Source: Octopus vulgaris (Eukaryota). Taken from it: 64,000 bases of DNA. The notes beneath the pieces are model-generated. The model searched no databases, was not told the origin of the DNA, and was given only the letters and a program-made list of their open reading frames with translations. Shown here piece after piece: positions 12,092 to 26,259 of the stretch; the stretch's first letter is position 1; every line of letters begins with the position of its first letter. The translations under genes and the position numbers were made by a program. The DNA lies in contig OX597824.1 in NCBI GenBank assembly GCA_951406725.2, positions 55,738,001 through 55,802,000 of the forward strand. Reading direction: 5' to 3'.

Positions 12092-13112
12092 TACCCTTCT
12101 ACTCGTAGCTGTATGGCACCCCTACAACTCGGATACCATTATGACCATACTGCCATTCTATATCCTTCTCACATAATACTAACCTAGATTAATACTTCTG
12201 AAATAACCCTTTTTTATATATATATATATATACTAAAATATACCTTCTGTATAACCCACACATCCCTATCTAAATTTTTATTTTTTTACTCATCTCTTTC
12301 TCCGCTCATTTATCTCCCCTGCATTTACTTTGGTCTTTCTAACTTCATATTATAATTTTTAAATTCACATTTTTATCTTTATAAACACCGCAAGTACATA
12401 CTACTTTAATTGTAATATTAATAACTGCTTCTCTGTTTTTACTTTTTTTTACTCCTTTTTTATTAATATGTGTTACCTAATATGATTTTTTATGCAAACA
12501 TGAGTCCTTTATATACATCATCTTCTCTCTTTAACTCATTCTCATTCCTCTATTTTTTGCTATTTGCTTATGTTACTATCTAGTATTAGCTTCTCATATA
12601 CAACTTCTTCACGCTAAACTTCATTCTTCTGTATAGATTTAAAAAAAAAATTATACTACGTACTGATTTCAATGGTTAGTTTTAATTTTAATTTAAATTT
12701 GGTATTGTCTTCCCATTGGACAGTTCTACTACTTACTTGCCCTACACTACATATATGGAGCTATAATTCTAATTTTCACATTCATCTATAGAGGGAACGT
12801 CTCCGATACCTCTTATATCTTCTTATATATATATATATATATATATATACCTCTTATATATATATATATATATATATAAATACATACCTCTTATATATAT
12901 ATATATATATATATATATAACATACAGTGTACATTTAATCACATTAAGAGGTTTCCATCATAGGAATCTTTTATGCTAGAAAGAACAGCTAATTAGGGAT
13001 AAATTTTCGAAGGGAATGAAAAATAAAAGCATTTACCATCTCTTTCCTGGACCATGGTTTCTGACTTATTTTATTACCCTGATATTATTAATTATATATA
13101 TATATATATATT

Positions 13113-14214
13113 TCAGGTCATCCCATAAGTTCTGTCCGGTTTTACCTTTTTTAAAATTGAATCAAATTTAATAGTATTTTCGAAAGTCTAATGGAATTAA
13201 AAATTATTTTTATGCTTTTGTGTACATTTAAACTAATTAAACATTATTTTACAGAATAATAGAATTAAAATTTCTTTGATTAAAACCCTTTCTAACATGG
13301 AAGTATCCAATGAACATTTGAGGCACATAATGATTTATGAGTACAAAAAAGGAAACTCTGTAACCGAAGCGACTCGAAACATACTCTCAGTTTATGGGAA
13401 AGGATGCTTGAATGAAAGAACTTGCAGAAGATGGTTTGCAAAATTCAGAAATGGAGATTTTAGCCTTGAAGATGAAGATCAAGCAGGACGTCCAGTTGAG
13501 TTTGATAAGCTCAATGCATTATTTGAAGAAAATCCTGCATTATCAATTGAAGAATTAGCAATAAATCTTAGTTCAAACCATACAACTGTTCCTCGTCATC
13601 TTCAACAACTTGGAAAATGGGTGCCTCATGAATTGTCTGAAAGCAACCGCAAATCCTGATTTGACATCTGCTCTTCTTTCCATTCTCGCAAACTCATTTC
13701 ACCCTTTTTGGATAGACTTGTGACTGGTGGCAAAAAATGGATTTTCTATCGAAATGTTAAATGTCATAAACAGTGGCTTGGTAAAAGGGAAAAAGCTCAG
13801 CCACAACCAAGAAGGGAACTTCAAGGGAAAAAGGTTCTTCACTTTCTCTGGTGGGATTGCAAAGGAGTAATTCATTTTGAATTGTTACCACCTAATGCAA
13901 CAATCAATGCTCAAGTCTACTGTTAGCAATTAGAGCATTTGAACCAAGCTTTGAAGAAAATATGACCCACTTTAGTGAATCGAAAAGGAGTGATGTTTCA
14001 TCAAGACAATGCATGACCCCACACTGCAAAGATCACATCAGAGAAGATCGAAGAGCTTGGTTGGGAAAAAATTCCTCATATACCTTATTCTCCCAACCTT
14101 GTTCCTTCAGACTACCATTTGTTTCATAGTTTGCGAATTATTTGGGCGACATAACTTTTGCAAGCCAAGAGGAGGTTGAGACTGACGTTTCAGAGTTCTT
14201 CACTTTGAAACCAA
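13113..14214 (+). mobile_element. Mariner transposon, decayed transposase, 3' end lost
   Basis: HTH N-terminus, WVPHEL and YSPNLVPSDYHLF motifs with stops and frameshifts; begins after (TA)n. Confidence 0.9.
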
Positions 14215-14712
14215 CAGGCTCTTCTGTGTACAGCTGTCTTAACTCATACGCATCACATGTCCAAACCAATGCAGTCTCCTTTCCTGCATACCACATTTAA
14301 TCCCACTTATACCTAACATTTCTCTCAACACAGTTGTGTTTTGTCAGTCATGTATATTGATGTTGCAAATCCAATGGAATATACTACCTTCATTCTTCTC
14401 CAGCCTCCACATGTCCTCCGCAGTTAAAGCCCATGTCTCACTACCATGTAAAATCACTATTCTCACACAAGCATCATACAATCTACCCATCACTCTGAGA
14501 GAGTCCTTTTGCTGCCAACAGAGGTAGTAATTCTCTGAATTTCCTCCACTCTATTCTTATTCTAGAAACAATATTTTCAGAGCATCCACTACCATTACTA
14601 ATTTGGTCACCTAAATAGCTGAAACTATTTACTACCTTAAGAGAGCTTCCTGGGTATTTGAGAGAGTTTAAGTCATTCGTGCTCTTAGTACCTACTGTTC
14701 CGGTACATCTCC
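14215..14712 (-). mobile_element. RTE LINE fragment
   Basis: Homologous to about 37030-37520 (FSYLGD...SENIVSRIRI). Confidence 0.75.
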
Positions 14713-14719
14713 CTACTTA

Positions 14720-17175
14720 CTGATCCTGTGCATCTGCAAGTTCTTCAGTGGGATTTAAATCGTGTGAATCCCATGACTAGTTTTCAGGCAAATCACCAGA
14801 AATTCATGATCTACTTTTCGAAAAACAAAACTTAGGCAATACACTCCTTTCTCAGTCCTTGAATCCCAACTCAAACAAAGCTTACAGAAAGCTGAAAGGG
14901 AAAGTGCAGACTTCTCTAAGGAAAATTAAACAGAAATGGTGGAATGACAGGGCAAAAGGGGCACAAAAAGCAGATGATAGAAATGATGCAAATGTTTTGT
15001 ACTCTTATGTTAAGGAGGTACATGGCCCAAAAATCTTCTTTGGTAACTCCACTGAGAACAACAAATGGACATTTGCTTTTCATAAGCACTGAGTAGAACC
15101 TTTTTCTGCACTTTTGAATAAACCATCATCTGTTGACATGAGGATGACAGAAGAATCGAACACCTTCCTGCTATAGAAGAGATGACATTTGAACCAACTC
15201 TAAATGACATCTATTTAGCTGTGAATTAGCTGAATAACAATAAGTCTCCAGGGTTTGATGGAATCTGTGCAGAAGTCTTGAAATATGGGGTTGACAAGAT
15301 GTTTGAACACTTAAATATATCAATTTGTCACTGATGAAGAACTAAGGAAGTGCCTCAAGACTGGATTGATGCCATTTTAGTCTCCTTGTATAAATCAGGG
15401 TCAAAGGATCTGTGTGGTAATTTTTGTGGGATTTCGCTTTTGTCTGTAGTTGGAAAGGTACTTGCCTGCATTTTGTTAGAACATTTAAATAGCTTCATAG
15501 TTCCAAATATAGTGTCTGAGTCCCAATGTGGTTTTCGCTCTTCATGGGCACAGTTGATTGTATCTTTTAGTATCAGACAATTGCAGGAAAAGTGCATCGA
15601 ACAGAATCTTGCCCTATACCATTGCTTTGTTGATTTAAGCAAGGCATTTGATACTGTTAATTGAAATGTTCTGTGGCTAATTCTAAGGAATATAGGTTGC
15701 CCAGAAAAATTTGTGAACATGATCAGGGCTTTGCATCAAGATATGAAAGTTAGAGTTAATTTTGGTGGTAGGCTCTCTGAATATTTTTGCTGTGAAAAGT
15801 GGAGAAAAGCAAGGAGACCTTGATGCACCCACCCTCTTTGTAATATACTTTGCTGTTGTGTTGTCACATGCTTTTCAAAGCTCTGAGGAGAGTATCTACA
15901 TAAAATATTGAATAACAGGGAATGTTTTTAATCTGACCAGACTGAAATTCAAAATAAAGGTTTTTACTTCAATCATTAGGGAACTTTTATATGCTGACAA
16001 TTGTGAAATAGTCAGCCACTCTGAAACAGGCCTGCAATCTCTTGTATCTGCATTTGACACAGCTTGTGTTGATTTTTGGATTGATCATCAACTTGAGAAA
16101 ACAGTTGTAATGTTTCAACCTGCACACAGTACTGTTTGCAACCCCACTAAAATTTTCGTTAAGGGTAATTTACTTGAAGCTGTTGACTCTTTCATTTATC
16201 TTGAAAGCTATGTACAAAGAGATGGAAATCTGCAAATTCAAAAGGCAGCACAAGCATTTGGTGGTTTGGAGTCACGCGTTTGGCACCAATAACATATAAA
16301 TAACAACACAAAGTTGGCTCTTTACAAATCATTTGTCTTACCATCCTTGTATTTTTCTGAAACATGGACATGTTACGAAAGACATTTCAAATTGTTAGAA
16401 TGATTCCACCAAAAATGCCTTTGCCACATTTTAAACATCAAATGTGGCTTTTTTACTCCAGACACAGGTGTCTTTGCATCTGCAGGCATCACTTCAATTA
16501 AATCAATGATTCTGAAAAATCAAATGAGATGGTATAGCCATATTGTTCAAATGGCGGATGAACACACACCCAAACAGCTGTTTTATGGTGAGCTTGCAGA
16601 GGAAAAATGCAATTGGTATAAACTTAAAAAGAGGTTTAAAGATGGCATAAGGACTATCATGAAGTGACTTTGAATGGATCCAAAGGCCATAGAAACCCTT
16701 GCTTCAGATCGAGCTGGATGGTGAACAAAAATATGGAGTGGAGTTAAAGCATTTGAGGAGGCCAGGATAACACAGGCAATACTCAAGAGAGATTTAAAGA
16801 GGAATGTTGCGATTGAGAAGGTGAATCTCAGTGACCTTTCTTTGTGCACAGTTTGTGACAGATCATGCCATCCTTTTGCTAGGCTTAGATCTCATTTGAG
16901 GACTCATGTAAAACGAACCTCCACCAAGTATTCTACCTAAATATCTGTGCACACTTTTCAATGCAGTGTATGCCATATAGCCTGCAATTCTAGCAGAGGT
17001 CTCAAAAGATATTTTAAGATCCACAAAGAACAGAACTTAACTGCAGCTCTTGGTGGTCCAAATTGGATATGTAATCTATGTGGGTGTCATCAATACATTG
17101 TGCGGTTTAAAAAGCCACATCAGATGCCAAAATGAATCTAAGGTGGTGAGACTCTGCATAAGGAATAGACAACCA

Positions 17176-17178
<3 letters not shown>
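14720..17178 (+). mobile_element. RTE/BovB-like LINE, 5'-truncated, decayed RT with C-terminal C2H2 fingers
   Basis: PQDWIDAILVSLYK, ESQCGFR, QLQEKCIEQ...FVDLSKAFDTVN, LLYADN; ends at (TA)n. Confidence 0.9.
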
Positions 17179-17225
<47 letters not shown>

Positions 17226-17463
17226 TATAACAGTTTGCAACCATTTACTCAACATGCAGAAATGGAACACCTATTTTGTATATCTTAAACTATCTCTGAC
17301 AAGATTCGACTTTCAAATAATTTTTAATTTTATTAATTAATTTTCTGAAGGTCTTGAATTGAAAGAGCTGTAAGGGATGTTTGTCAATTTTTTAATAAAC
17401 AATAATCTATTAATTATCTCTCTATTTTCTTATCGTATTATATCATATAATATATATATGTAT

Positions 17464-17502
<39 letters not shown>

Positions 17503-18647
17503 TTTTACATCATATTAATCATTTTTGTCTGCTCTAATTATAATATCAGAGAAGTAATAAACAACAACCATATTTTACCTCCACTCTTGAAAAAAAATAG
17601 GACTGGCACATAAATTATTGAACAAATTGAAAATAGACTTATAAATAGATGTTTGATGAAATGTGGTAATACTCAATGAAACAGATCAATAACAAGTATT
17701 ACCATGGAAATGGAATGTTCAAGAATTTACTGATTACACAACATTTTTTGATCATCATTTCTAGCTGTTGTAGTTTCATTTGGGAGCTGTAAATCTTTTT
17801 GCTTTAAAAAAACTAATTTCCTGATAAATTTCATTTGTTCACACACACACAAACACACACACACGCGCGTATGTTGTGGGTTATAGGATGTCAAATGATA
17901 TAATATATATGTATAAATGTATATACAATGAGTGCGTACATTCAATGAGTGCTCAGGTCAAATTTGCACTTTAACCTCAGCTTTAAATGTAGCAATGTGA
18001 AACCTGCCTAAATAAAGATTGGTCATAGGCAATGTATTGATTGAGCTGGTATGTGTACAATGGAACAAAAATATAAGTAGGCACACAACTAGGATTAAGT
18101 CTGATTATAACATACTTATACTTATATAACTCTAGTGGGACTCTTGGAAATTTCACAGAACAAAAACAAGATTTAGAGAAGGTATTTAAAAAAGAAAGGA
18201 TGATTAAGAGAAACTATTTAAGAAAGAAAGGATGATTTGCATTCTAATTTTAATTTTGCTAAGTTATTTCACTTTCAACCACAATAATATATTATACTAG
18301 ACTATCCGTGATCCATTGGGTCACCTGGTAAGTCTGAGTTTCTTAGCAATGGGGTTTGGTTTTGTGGGTTCTTTTTGCTTTTCCATGTTATTTCACATGC
18401 TTCAACAAATGTGACATCTAAATCTTGTGTAAATGGCTCCTTTCCCCAGAAAAGGAAAGATTTGGCTGCTATTTCTTGCACACCCAGCGATCAAGTAACA
18501 GGTATTTCGGGTCCTTTAATGCAAATAGCTGTTACATGGTAGCAGGGCGTGCTAGAAATAGCAGCCAAATCTTTGGAGCTGAGAATGCACTTGAAATTTT
18601 TTTTGTAATGGTATTCCCTTGTGGTGAGCTTTGACTCTCAGAACTGT

Positions 18648-19080
18648 TATCCAGATTATCTGGTTTTGTTCATTAATTTCTGTAAAAAAATTTTATCTAT
18701 TTACTTTTGTTTTAAAGTGAAAGAGAAGAGAAAGGGAAAGATGTATGAATGTGTATATGAAATGGACGTGCGTGTGTGTGAAGAGAGAGAGAGAGAGTGC
18801 CACTTACATATACATGAGAACACACATGTTCACTCACTCTCTCACATACACACATACATACAAAAAGATGTATGTATATGTATTGATGTATGTACATGAC
18901 AACATACCCCTTCACTCACTCACTCTCTCTCTCTTTCTCTTTTTTCTCTCTCTCTCTTTCACACACACATGTCCATTTCATATACACGTACATACATCTT
19001 TCACTTTCGCCTCTCTTTTGCTTTGAAACAAAAGTAAATAAATAAAAAATGTTTAAGGAAATTAACGAACTCTGGATGAT
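18648..19080. repeat. imperfect inverted repeat (~150-bp arms)
   Basis: 18648-18800 is the reverse complement of about 18915-19080 (e.g. GTGTATATGAAATGGAC / GTCCATTTCATATACAC). Confidence 0.65.
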
Positions 19081-20710
19081 AAGCAAAAGATTGCCATTCA
19101 CTTGAAAATAATTTTAAAAACCTCAAAATATTGTCTGTTTAAAGAAAGCTAAAATATAAATTACTTGCTGTACAAACAACTTACATTTTTGAAATCACAT
19201 TCAGTTAAAAGTATTTCTAAATGATTAAAATAGTGTGTATGTCAAAAAGTTGACATTTTTTTCTTAGAGAGAACAAAGACTATGTGTGTGTATATGTCGC
19301 AGTGAGTGGACATGTGTTTGTGTTGATTGACACACCATGACATTCATTATATGTGTGTATATTCTGTATGTGTGTAAGTGTGTTAATGTCACGGAAGCAA
19401 TGTATTTTTTCATCACGAAATAACAAGCAAAAATTGTGCTTAATCGTTTTCGTTAATAGAGTCTCAAATATCACAAAAATGTGTACTGTACTGCCAAAGG
19501 TAAGTATGAAAATAAATAGGCCAAAAAAATTAAGATAAAATATACTATTTCTGAGATATTTTGGGTATACACAAACATTTCTAGAGTTTTAGTATTATCA
19601 AAATGATTTTAAAATTTCCCTCTGCTAAGCAGTTCATATTTTGTTTCTCTCTACCTCTTCGACAAACTTTTTAACCATGTAATTCTCCTCTTTATGTCTT
19701 TATCATTCTCTCTTTCTATTCACTTCTCACATCCACTAACCACATGAATGACAGCATAATGCATCAACTATTCTCTCACACATGCTCACATCCACTCTTC
19801 CTCTTTCTCACTCCACCTCCTTCTCCTCTCTAACAAACTAAAGTGTAAAATGTGAATGAGCTAGTAGAAGAATGATATCATAGATTTAGCACAATAAAAA
19901 ATGCAACACATTACCACCAGTATCATTACTACCACCACCACCATCATCATCATCATTACCACTATAGTTTTCAGTTAAAAAGCTCATTTCATTTTAGTTC
20001 AGCTGTTTGTTTATATCTATTTTTTCTTGCTGTCACTGCATCTCTACTCTGACAATACAAGCACTATTTGCACCCACCTCCTCTCTGTCTCACTCTCCCT
20101 CTTAATGCAACTGCCTCCCTTGTCCATCTCATCACTCTCTATCTATCTTTCTTTAACCTCACTACCCAAACATCACTCTCTGCTAAATGCTGTCATCATC
20201 ATCATCATCATCGTTTCATATCTCTTTCTGTTTACCTTTCCCTCCTCATCTTAAAGCATGTCCTTAGCACTTCTCTCTCTCTCTCTCCCTTTTCTCTCAC
20301 TGTCTTTTTCTTTCACCCTTTGCCTCTCCTTTCAACTAACACAGTTGGCCTTATTATACATCTTTGCCTACTTCTTCCTCACTTCATTCTTTTCTATTCA
20401 CACTCCTCCCTTCTCTCTCTCACTTTTACCCCACTTCTCACTCACTCCACCTCTCTAACTATCTAAAGTATTATGGGTGAATGAACAAGTCAACTATTAC
20501 ATAGATATTGAAGAGAAATGCAAATATAGAACAAGGAATTAGCAGGAAGTCAGTATGCCAGAAAGTCAAGAATAGTTTAGATGTAGACAGGTACACTTCA
20601 GGATAAGGCAGAAAGTGGTAATGAGACATAGTTTGGTAAGTAGATCACTAGTGTCACGGGTAAAATTTTGGAATTGATATATTTTTGTTTCTTTTATATA
20701 TATATATATA

Positions 20711-21279
20711 TTAGACGAAATGAGGTACTCAGAAATTCAGATGGTTTAATATTTACAGATATTTATTTGTATATTACATGTTTTTATACATCATATATCA
20801 TATATCATATATTAGTGCTTTCGTCCATTCTGGTAAAGTTTTCAAATTGAATTAAGTTCTTGGGGAAAATTTGACCATTTTTATAGTGTTATTGAGTGTG
20901 TAGTGGTGAGGAGGGATATAAGAAAGTACAAGAGGGTGAAGAATGGGGAGAAAGTGAGAGATAGCATGTGTTTGTGTGTGTGAAGAAAGAAGAAAAAATT
21001 GTTTTGTTGGTCTTTTTGTAGCTGTTTACCCCAAGGGGGGCATGAGAGAGAGAGAGAGAGAGGGTGTGTGTATGTGTATCTGAAAGGGGTATTAAGGAAA
21101 AAGAAGGAAAGGGGGTAGAAGGGGAGAAATTTTGTTGATTTCCTTGCACCTGGTAGGTTTGTCAATAATAATAATTCTTCTTGTCTTACAGTGATTGTAA
21201 ATCCAGCTGTTTTCTCCAGGATGGGAGGCAAAGTGTCACTTTTCAATAAATTGTTTGTATTTCCTTTTTATCATTGTCT

Positions 21280-21310
<31 letters not shown>

Positions 21311-21902
21311 ATTTATGTGCGTGCGCGTGCGAGTGTATATATGAGTGTGTGTTTGTGTTTTTGTATCTGAAAGGTGCATTAAGGAAGAATGGTCAAGTTG
21401 TTAAAAATAAGTCATTGGCTTTTAGCAATGGTCAAGCCAGCTGGGGGCCAGAATGTCACTTTCCAGAAAATTGTCTGGGTTTCCTTTTTATCATTGTCTT
21501 GTGAGAGAGAGTGTGTGTATATGTGCATGGGTGTCTGCATATCTGAAAGGAGTGTAAAAAAAAAATGTTTATATTTTTGCAACTGTAAAGGGTTTTTGGT
21601 TTTTAGAAATTGGCCACTTCAAAGGGGTGTAAATTGTCACTTCTCAAAAGATTTTCTGGATTTCTTTTTATTATTGTTTTGTGAGTGTGTGTGTTGGGGG
21701 GTGCCTGTGAATTTGGAAGGAGTGTCATTGGAGAAGGGAAGAAAGAAGAAAAAGAGGAAGAAGAAATAATTGTGTTGATATTTATACAACTAATATATGA
21801 TATATGATATATGATATATGATGTATAAAAACATGTAATATACAAATAAATATCTGTAAATATAAAACCATCCAAATTTCTGAGTACCTCATTTCTTCTA
21901 AT
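20711..21902. mobile_element. non-coding repeat with ~105-bp inverted ends; shorter relative at 34537-35220
   Basis: 20711-20815 is the reverse complement of 21789-21902; same start and same AAGAAGAAATAATTGTGTTGATATTTATAC end at 34537-35220. Confidence 0.7.
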
Positions 21903-22559
21903 ATAAAATACCTGTACATCATCTCCAAACCTTCAAATATATATATATATATATGTTGGTCTTACTTATCAGTTTCCCATAAAGAATACAATGGAATGTT
22001 AAGTAACAAACTCATTAAATAACTTTACGCTCATAAGAGTTAGCTGATATGGAAGAGAATATGGTGACTGCTCTCTATTTTTAGAGGTGGATTAGCACAA
22101 TCAGTCAGTGGTTGCTGTGAAAACAGTGGTGGAATGGAAAAAGGGCCAGGAGATTAGTTTAGAAGTTATACTGCAAAGCTGGTGAGAGTTATCTTGAAGT
22201 GGGGAAAGTGTGTATAATGTAGTGCTCCTGTGGTGTCATATGTATAATCTTTTCTGGGGGTGTAGGTATATATAGCTGTGTTTGTTAGTCTGTTTTCTGT
22301 CTGTAAAGGATAAAGTTATGTTTGGGTGGGTTATATTAGCATGTGGTGTGTAATGTGTATGTGTGTCAGATCTGTGTATTTGTGTGAAGGGTATGTGTTG
22401 GTGAGGAAGAGACAGTTTATTTTGTGGTGTGTCTGTCTTATGGTGTGTGTGTACATGGGTGCCTTGGTGTGTACTTTGGCCAAACTCTTATTGCTGGGCC
22501 CAAGGGCATTGGTGGAAGATCGTTTGTGGAAGGTCGAGGCAAGGGACCTGTGGCTGCAG

Positions 22560-22910
22560 TCATGGTGGGGCATGCAGGTACGATAGAATGTACTTCCTTT
22601 CATGCAAGCAAGGATTAAACACCTCACTCCTGCTATTCGGGTAAACATCCAGGCATTGGGTACCTTTTAAAATTGCTCTCTTCTCAGCCAGGCATAATCT
22701 ACACTTCCTACTGCTATCGAAGTACGGTTTGCATCTTTCTAGGATCTTCCACTTTATGCTGTATTCTGTGGCACTTTCTTTCAAAGTCCAGATATGCTTG
22801 GCTAGGGTTGTTGCATTATATCTCTCTGGGATGTTGAATGAGGACTTGTGGTCATTAAAGTGGGTTCTCAAGGAGCCATCTATTGCCCTCACATACTTCC
22901 GCATGTCCAT
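22560..22910 (-). pseudogene. 5'-truncated GIY-YIG endonuclease of a Hydra-type PLE
   Basis: HKSSF...TTLAKHIWTLKE...IKWKILE...CRLCLAEK...RSEVFNPCLH; abuts (TA)n. Confidence 0.8.
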
Positions 22911-22941
22911 TGGCTCCTGTTGTTGTTATTTCTGCCTCATA

Positions 22942-23028
<87 letters not shown>

Positions 23029-23689
23029 TGAACAAAACACAATAAACAGAAAATTCGTAGCTTATTCCTCATCACTCAAGGTCCAAAAGATCATTACAAT
23101 TTCATGTTTTTAATGTTGATATTATCCACTTTTAGTGGCACCTGAGACAAAATGCCACTGGGAATAGGAACATATGTACAAGACAATGATGAAAACAAAC
23201 ACAACAAAATAAAACATACATATACAACAAAAACATGATGAACTGCCAAATGTGAGAAAGAGACACAAGAGGGATAAGTTTTAACAATGGTGTTATTTAT
23301 ATAATGCCTGAAAGGAAAGGGAAAGGGTCTTTAATGTTTCAGATACTAGTCCTTCACATTGGATAAAAAGAAAAGAAAGACAAGGTAGTGGAAAGAAAAA
23401 AGTGGAGTTGGAGGAAGATGAGACTGCAGTTCTATGGGGAGAACTTAGGAAGAGGGGTGGAGACAGTGTGGTGTGTTCATGTATACGGATATGGGTATAG
23501 TGGGGTGTATGAGCAGTTTGGGGTGTGGCTGTTTTCTTTAAGATGTGGGGTGTAGAAGTGTGGCATAGGGACTGTGGGAGGAAGGTGAAAAGGTGTGAAA
23601 AGGAAGGGTTAGAAGAAGAGGTGGAGGAGAAGGGCAGGTAGGAGAAGTAAGGAAGAAAACAATGTAGTTGATGGATAAAGAATAAAGCT

Positions 23690-23940
23690 TGTTCCCAAGT
23701 CATATAGACTCATAAGGCCAGTGGGGAGATATATATAGTTTCTATGGCACATATATCTCCCCACTGGATTGGATGCAGGTTCATCCAAGATTACTCATTT
23801 TTGCCAACTGAGTGGACAGGGGCAATGTAAAATGAAGTATGTTGATCAAGAACTCAACATATTGCCTGGTCGAGGAATTGAAACCACAATCTTACAATCA
23901 TGAGTCCAACACCTTAACCACTAAGCCATGTGCCTCTACA
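23690..23940 (-). mobile_element. tRNA-derived SINE
   Basis: Minus head TGGCTTAGTGGTTAAGG...GGTTTCAATTCC. Confidence 0.7.
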
Positions 23941-24374
23941 TGCAATTGGTGAGAAAAAGGTAATAAAAAGATGAATAAATAGTACAGAAGTGAAGAAGCT
24001 GAGTAGAATATTCAAAGGAAAAGCAATTAAATATGGAAGAAAAAGTAAGAACAATAGTTTCGAAAAAGGCTCTGAGAAAAGGGATGTTGTTTGAAGTTTT
24101 AAAAAGTTTTTAAAAAGTCACATTGATGGAGAAAATCACATTGTACACACACATGCAAACATACACACAAACAAATATATATGTATATAAAAGACGGATA
24201 TTAAGTGAAAATGATAATGTGGGTGATAAAAGTATATGTAATATTATATGCTGGTGGATTTAATCAAAGATTTCCTAAAATCAGTGGTGAGCCAGAAAAT
24301 GTCTTTCACAAGTGAAACTTCAGAGCTTTGCTCATAAAACTATATGTATATGTGAATGACTGTGAGTGTGTGAA

Positions 24375-25706
24375 TGTATACTACAATGAAGTGCTTGCTA
24401 GGGTCAGATATAAAGGAAAAATCAAGTTTGAAAATAACGAAACCCCAAATAACAATAACACAAATACAAATAAGGTAGAATACACACATTACACGAATGA
24501 CATCATCAACCAAATAACAATAAAAAGGGAAAACCTGATAAAAAAAAGAAAGATGGGAGGAAAACTGATATAACCCTAAAGAATAGAAATAATTGGAATA
24601 CAGACACATAATCTCAACAACACACAAAATAAGTTAAAGGTATCAAACAAAAGGTACAAAAATTTGGAGGTCCTATGGTATAATCCAATTTTTGGACTCC
24701 AAATATCGTCCAATATAGGTAAGCAATTCATTGCAGCATTAAATAGATGCTTCCCTAAAACACACAAATACTACCATTTATTCAACAAGCACACAGTCAA
24801 AATATTGTATGCAACATTTTACAACATGGTGTACTACATACATAAATACAATAACAAAAATAAACAACAGATAGACTGCAAAAACTCAGATAACATAAAA
24901 GATGGTCTCAATAAAATTGAAATGAATCATCAAAAAAGATCCAACAAAAAAGGTTGCCAATTCCACAATGCTCCAGACACTTACAATCAAATAGATCATA
25001 AAAACAGAATCAAAAGGCCACCAAATAAACATAAAAATAATAATAGTACAAATAACTGCACATGCCGTAGAAAATTCGCTTGTCTGCTCATGAACCAATG
25101 TGTTAAAAAAAACAAAACATAGTATACAAATGCACAATCTCTACATCCCAGCATAAATACGTGTACATAGGTGCCACAGAAAACCAATTCACAGTCCGTT
25201 ATCCCAACCACATCAACCACATCTCATCATTCTGAAAAATAAACAGACAACATGCAACTTAACTGGCAGATCTCATATGGGAACTGAAAGAATCAAAAAT
25301 TAAATACGGAATAAAATGGTCAACAATAAAAAAAATTCACACCTATGTAATTTGCTATCCATCAAATGTGACCTTTGCCTTCAGGAAACATTGAATTTAC
25401 TGCTGAGTAATGAGTGCCTGGTGAACAAGCATGAGAAAATTCCAAGGTATAACCACCGTGCCAAATGTACATTTTCAAGATGGAACAGTATATAAAAATT
25501 ATAATAATCATTATTCTATTTCACCACACCCATCCTTTCCATTTCACATCTATATATATATATATATGATGGAGTGTGTCTATATATGATCAAGTGCCCA
25601 CTGATATACCTATGTGCATGAATGTGAGTAGATATATGCATGTGCATATGGGTGTGAATGTGTTTGTTGATCGATGTGTGTGGGTACATGTGTATATATA
25701 CATATA

Positions 25707-25760
<54 letters not shown>

Positions 25761-26178
25761 GAGACGTCCAGAGATGCAGTTGTGTGTATATGTGTGTCAG
25801 TGATTGTATATGTATGAGCATATGTGTGAGTGTATTTGCAAAATAATAAAATTTAGCATGTGCAACCTAACATTTGAAACAAAGTGGACAGCCAATGTGT
25901 ACAATGCTGCTCATGTCAAGTGTGTAGAGGCATATTGACAGTGAGTAGAATGGAACTGCCAGCATCTACTAGATTCAAAAGAGACAGTTGGACATGTTAG
26001 CATCAAAGTCAAAGATTAACTACGGGGACAGCGATTATATATCACCTGAGGAAATACAACTGGATCCCATTATACAGGTAAACTTGCTTAATTTAAATCC
26101 TGTGTATATGTGGATCTATGTTGTATCGAAACATGTGTGGTGTTTATTAAATAGCTGTCTGTTGACTCTATTCAATTT
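24375..26178 (+). mobile_element. 5'-truncated Hydra-type PLE (thumb, Asn/Lys-rich linkers, decayed GIY-YIG, 3' HHR)
   Basis: YYNEVLARVRYKGKIKF, WYNPIFG..NIGKQF..CFPKTHKYYHLFNKHTVK, CTCRRKFAC (CxCx5C), frameshifted YIG and CDLCLQE; HHR-like motif at 26041; ends at (TA)n. Confidence 0.8.
26041..26143 (+). ncRNA. degenerate hammerhead motif at PLE 3' end
   Basis: CAC-CTGAGGA-AATACAAC...GTTGTATC-GAAA-CATGTG-TG-GTG; cleavage triplet mutated. Confidence 0.5.
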
Positions 26179-26259
26179 ATATATATATATATATAATTAT
26201 ATATATATATATATATTCTGAATTTGTGCAAATGTGTATAGAATAATATATCGGTTGAA

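Noticed and set aside
17341-17376. CTGAAGG...GAAA-GAGCTG-TA hammerhead-like string
   Set aside because: Core A9 is mutated and stems I-III are poor; possibly a decayed HHR but not supportable
19460-19505. AG|GTAAGT donor with upstream TAG acceptor (40-nt exon) on the + strand
   Set aside because: No recognisable peptide, not frame-preserving, and no supporting neighbouring exons
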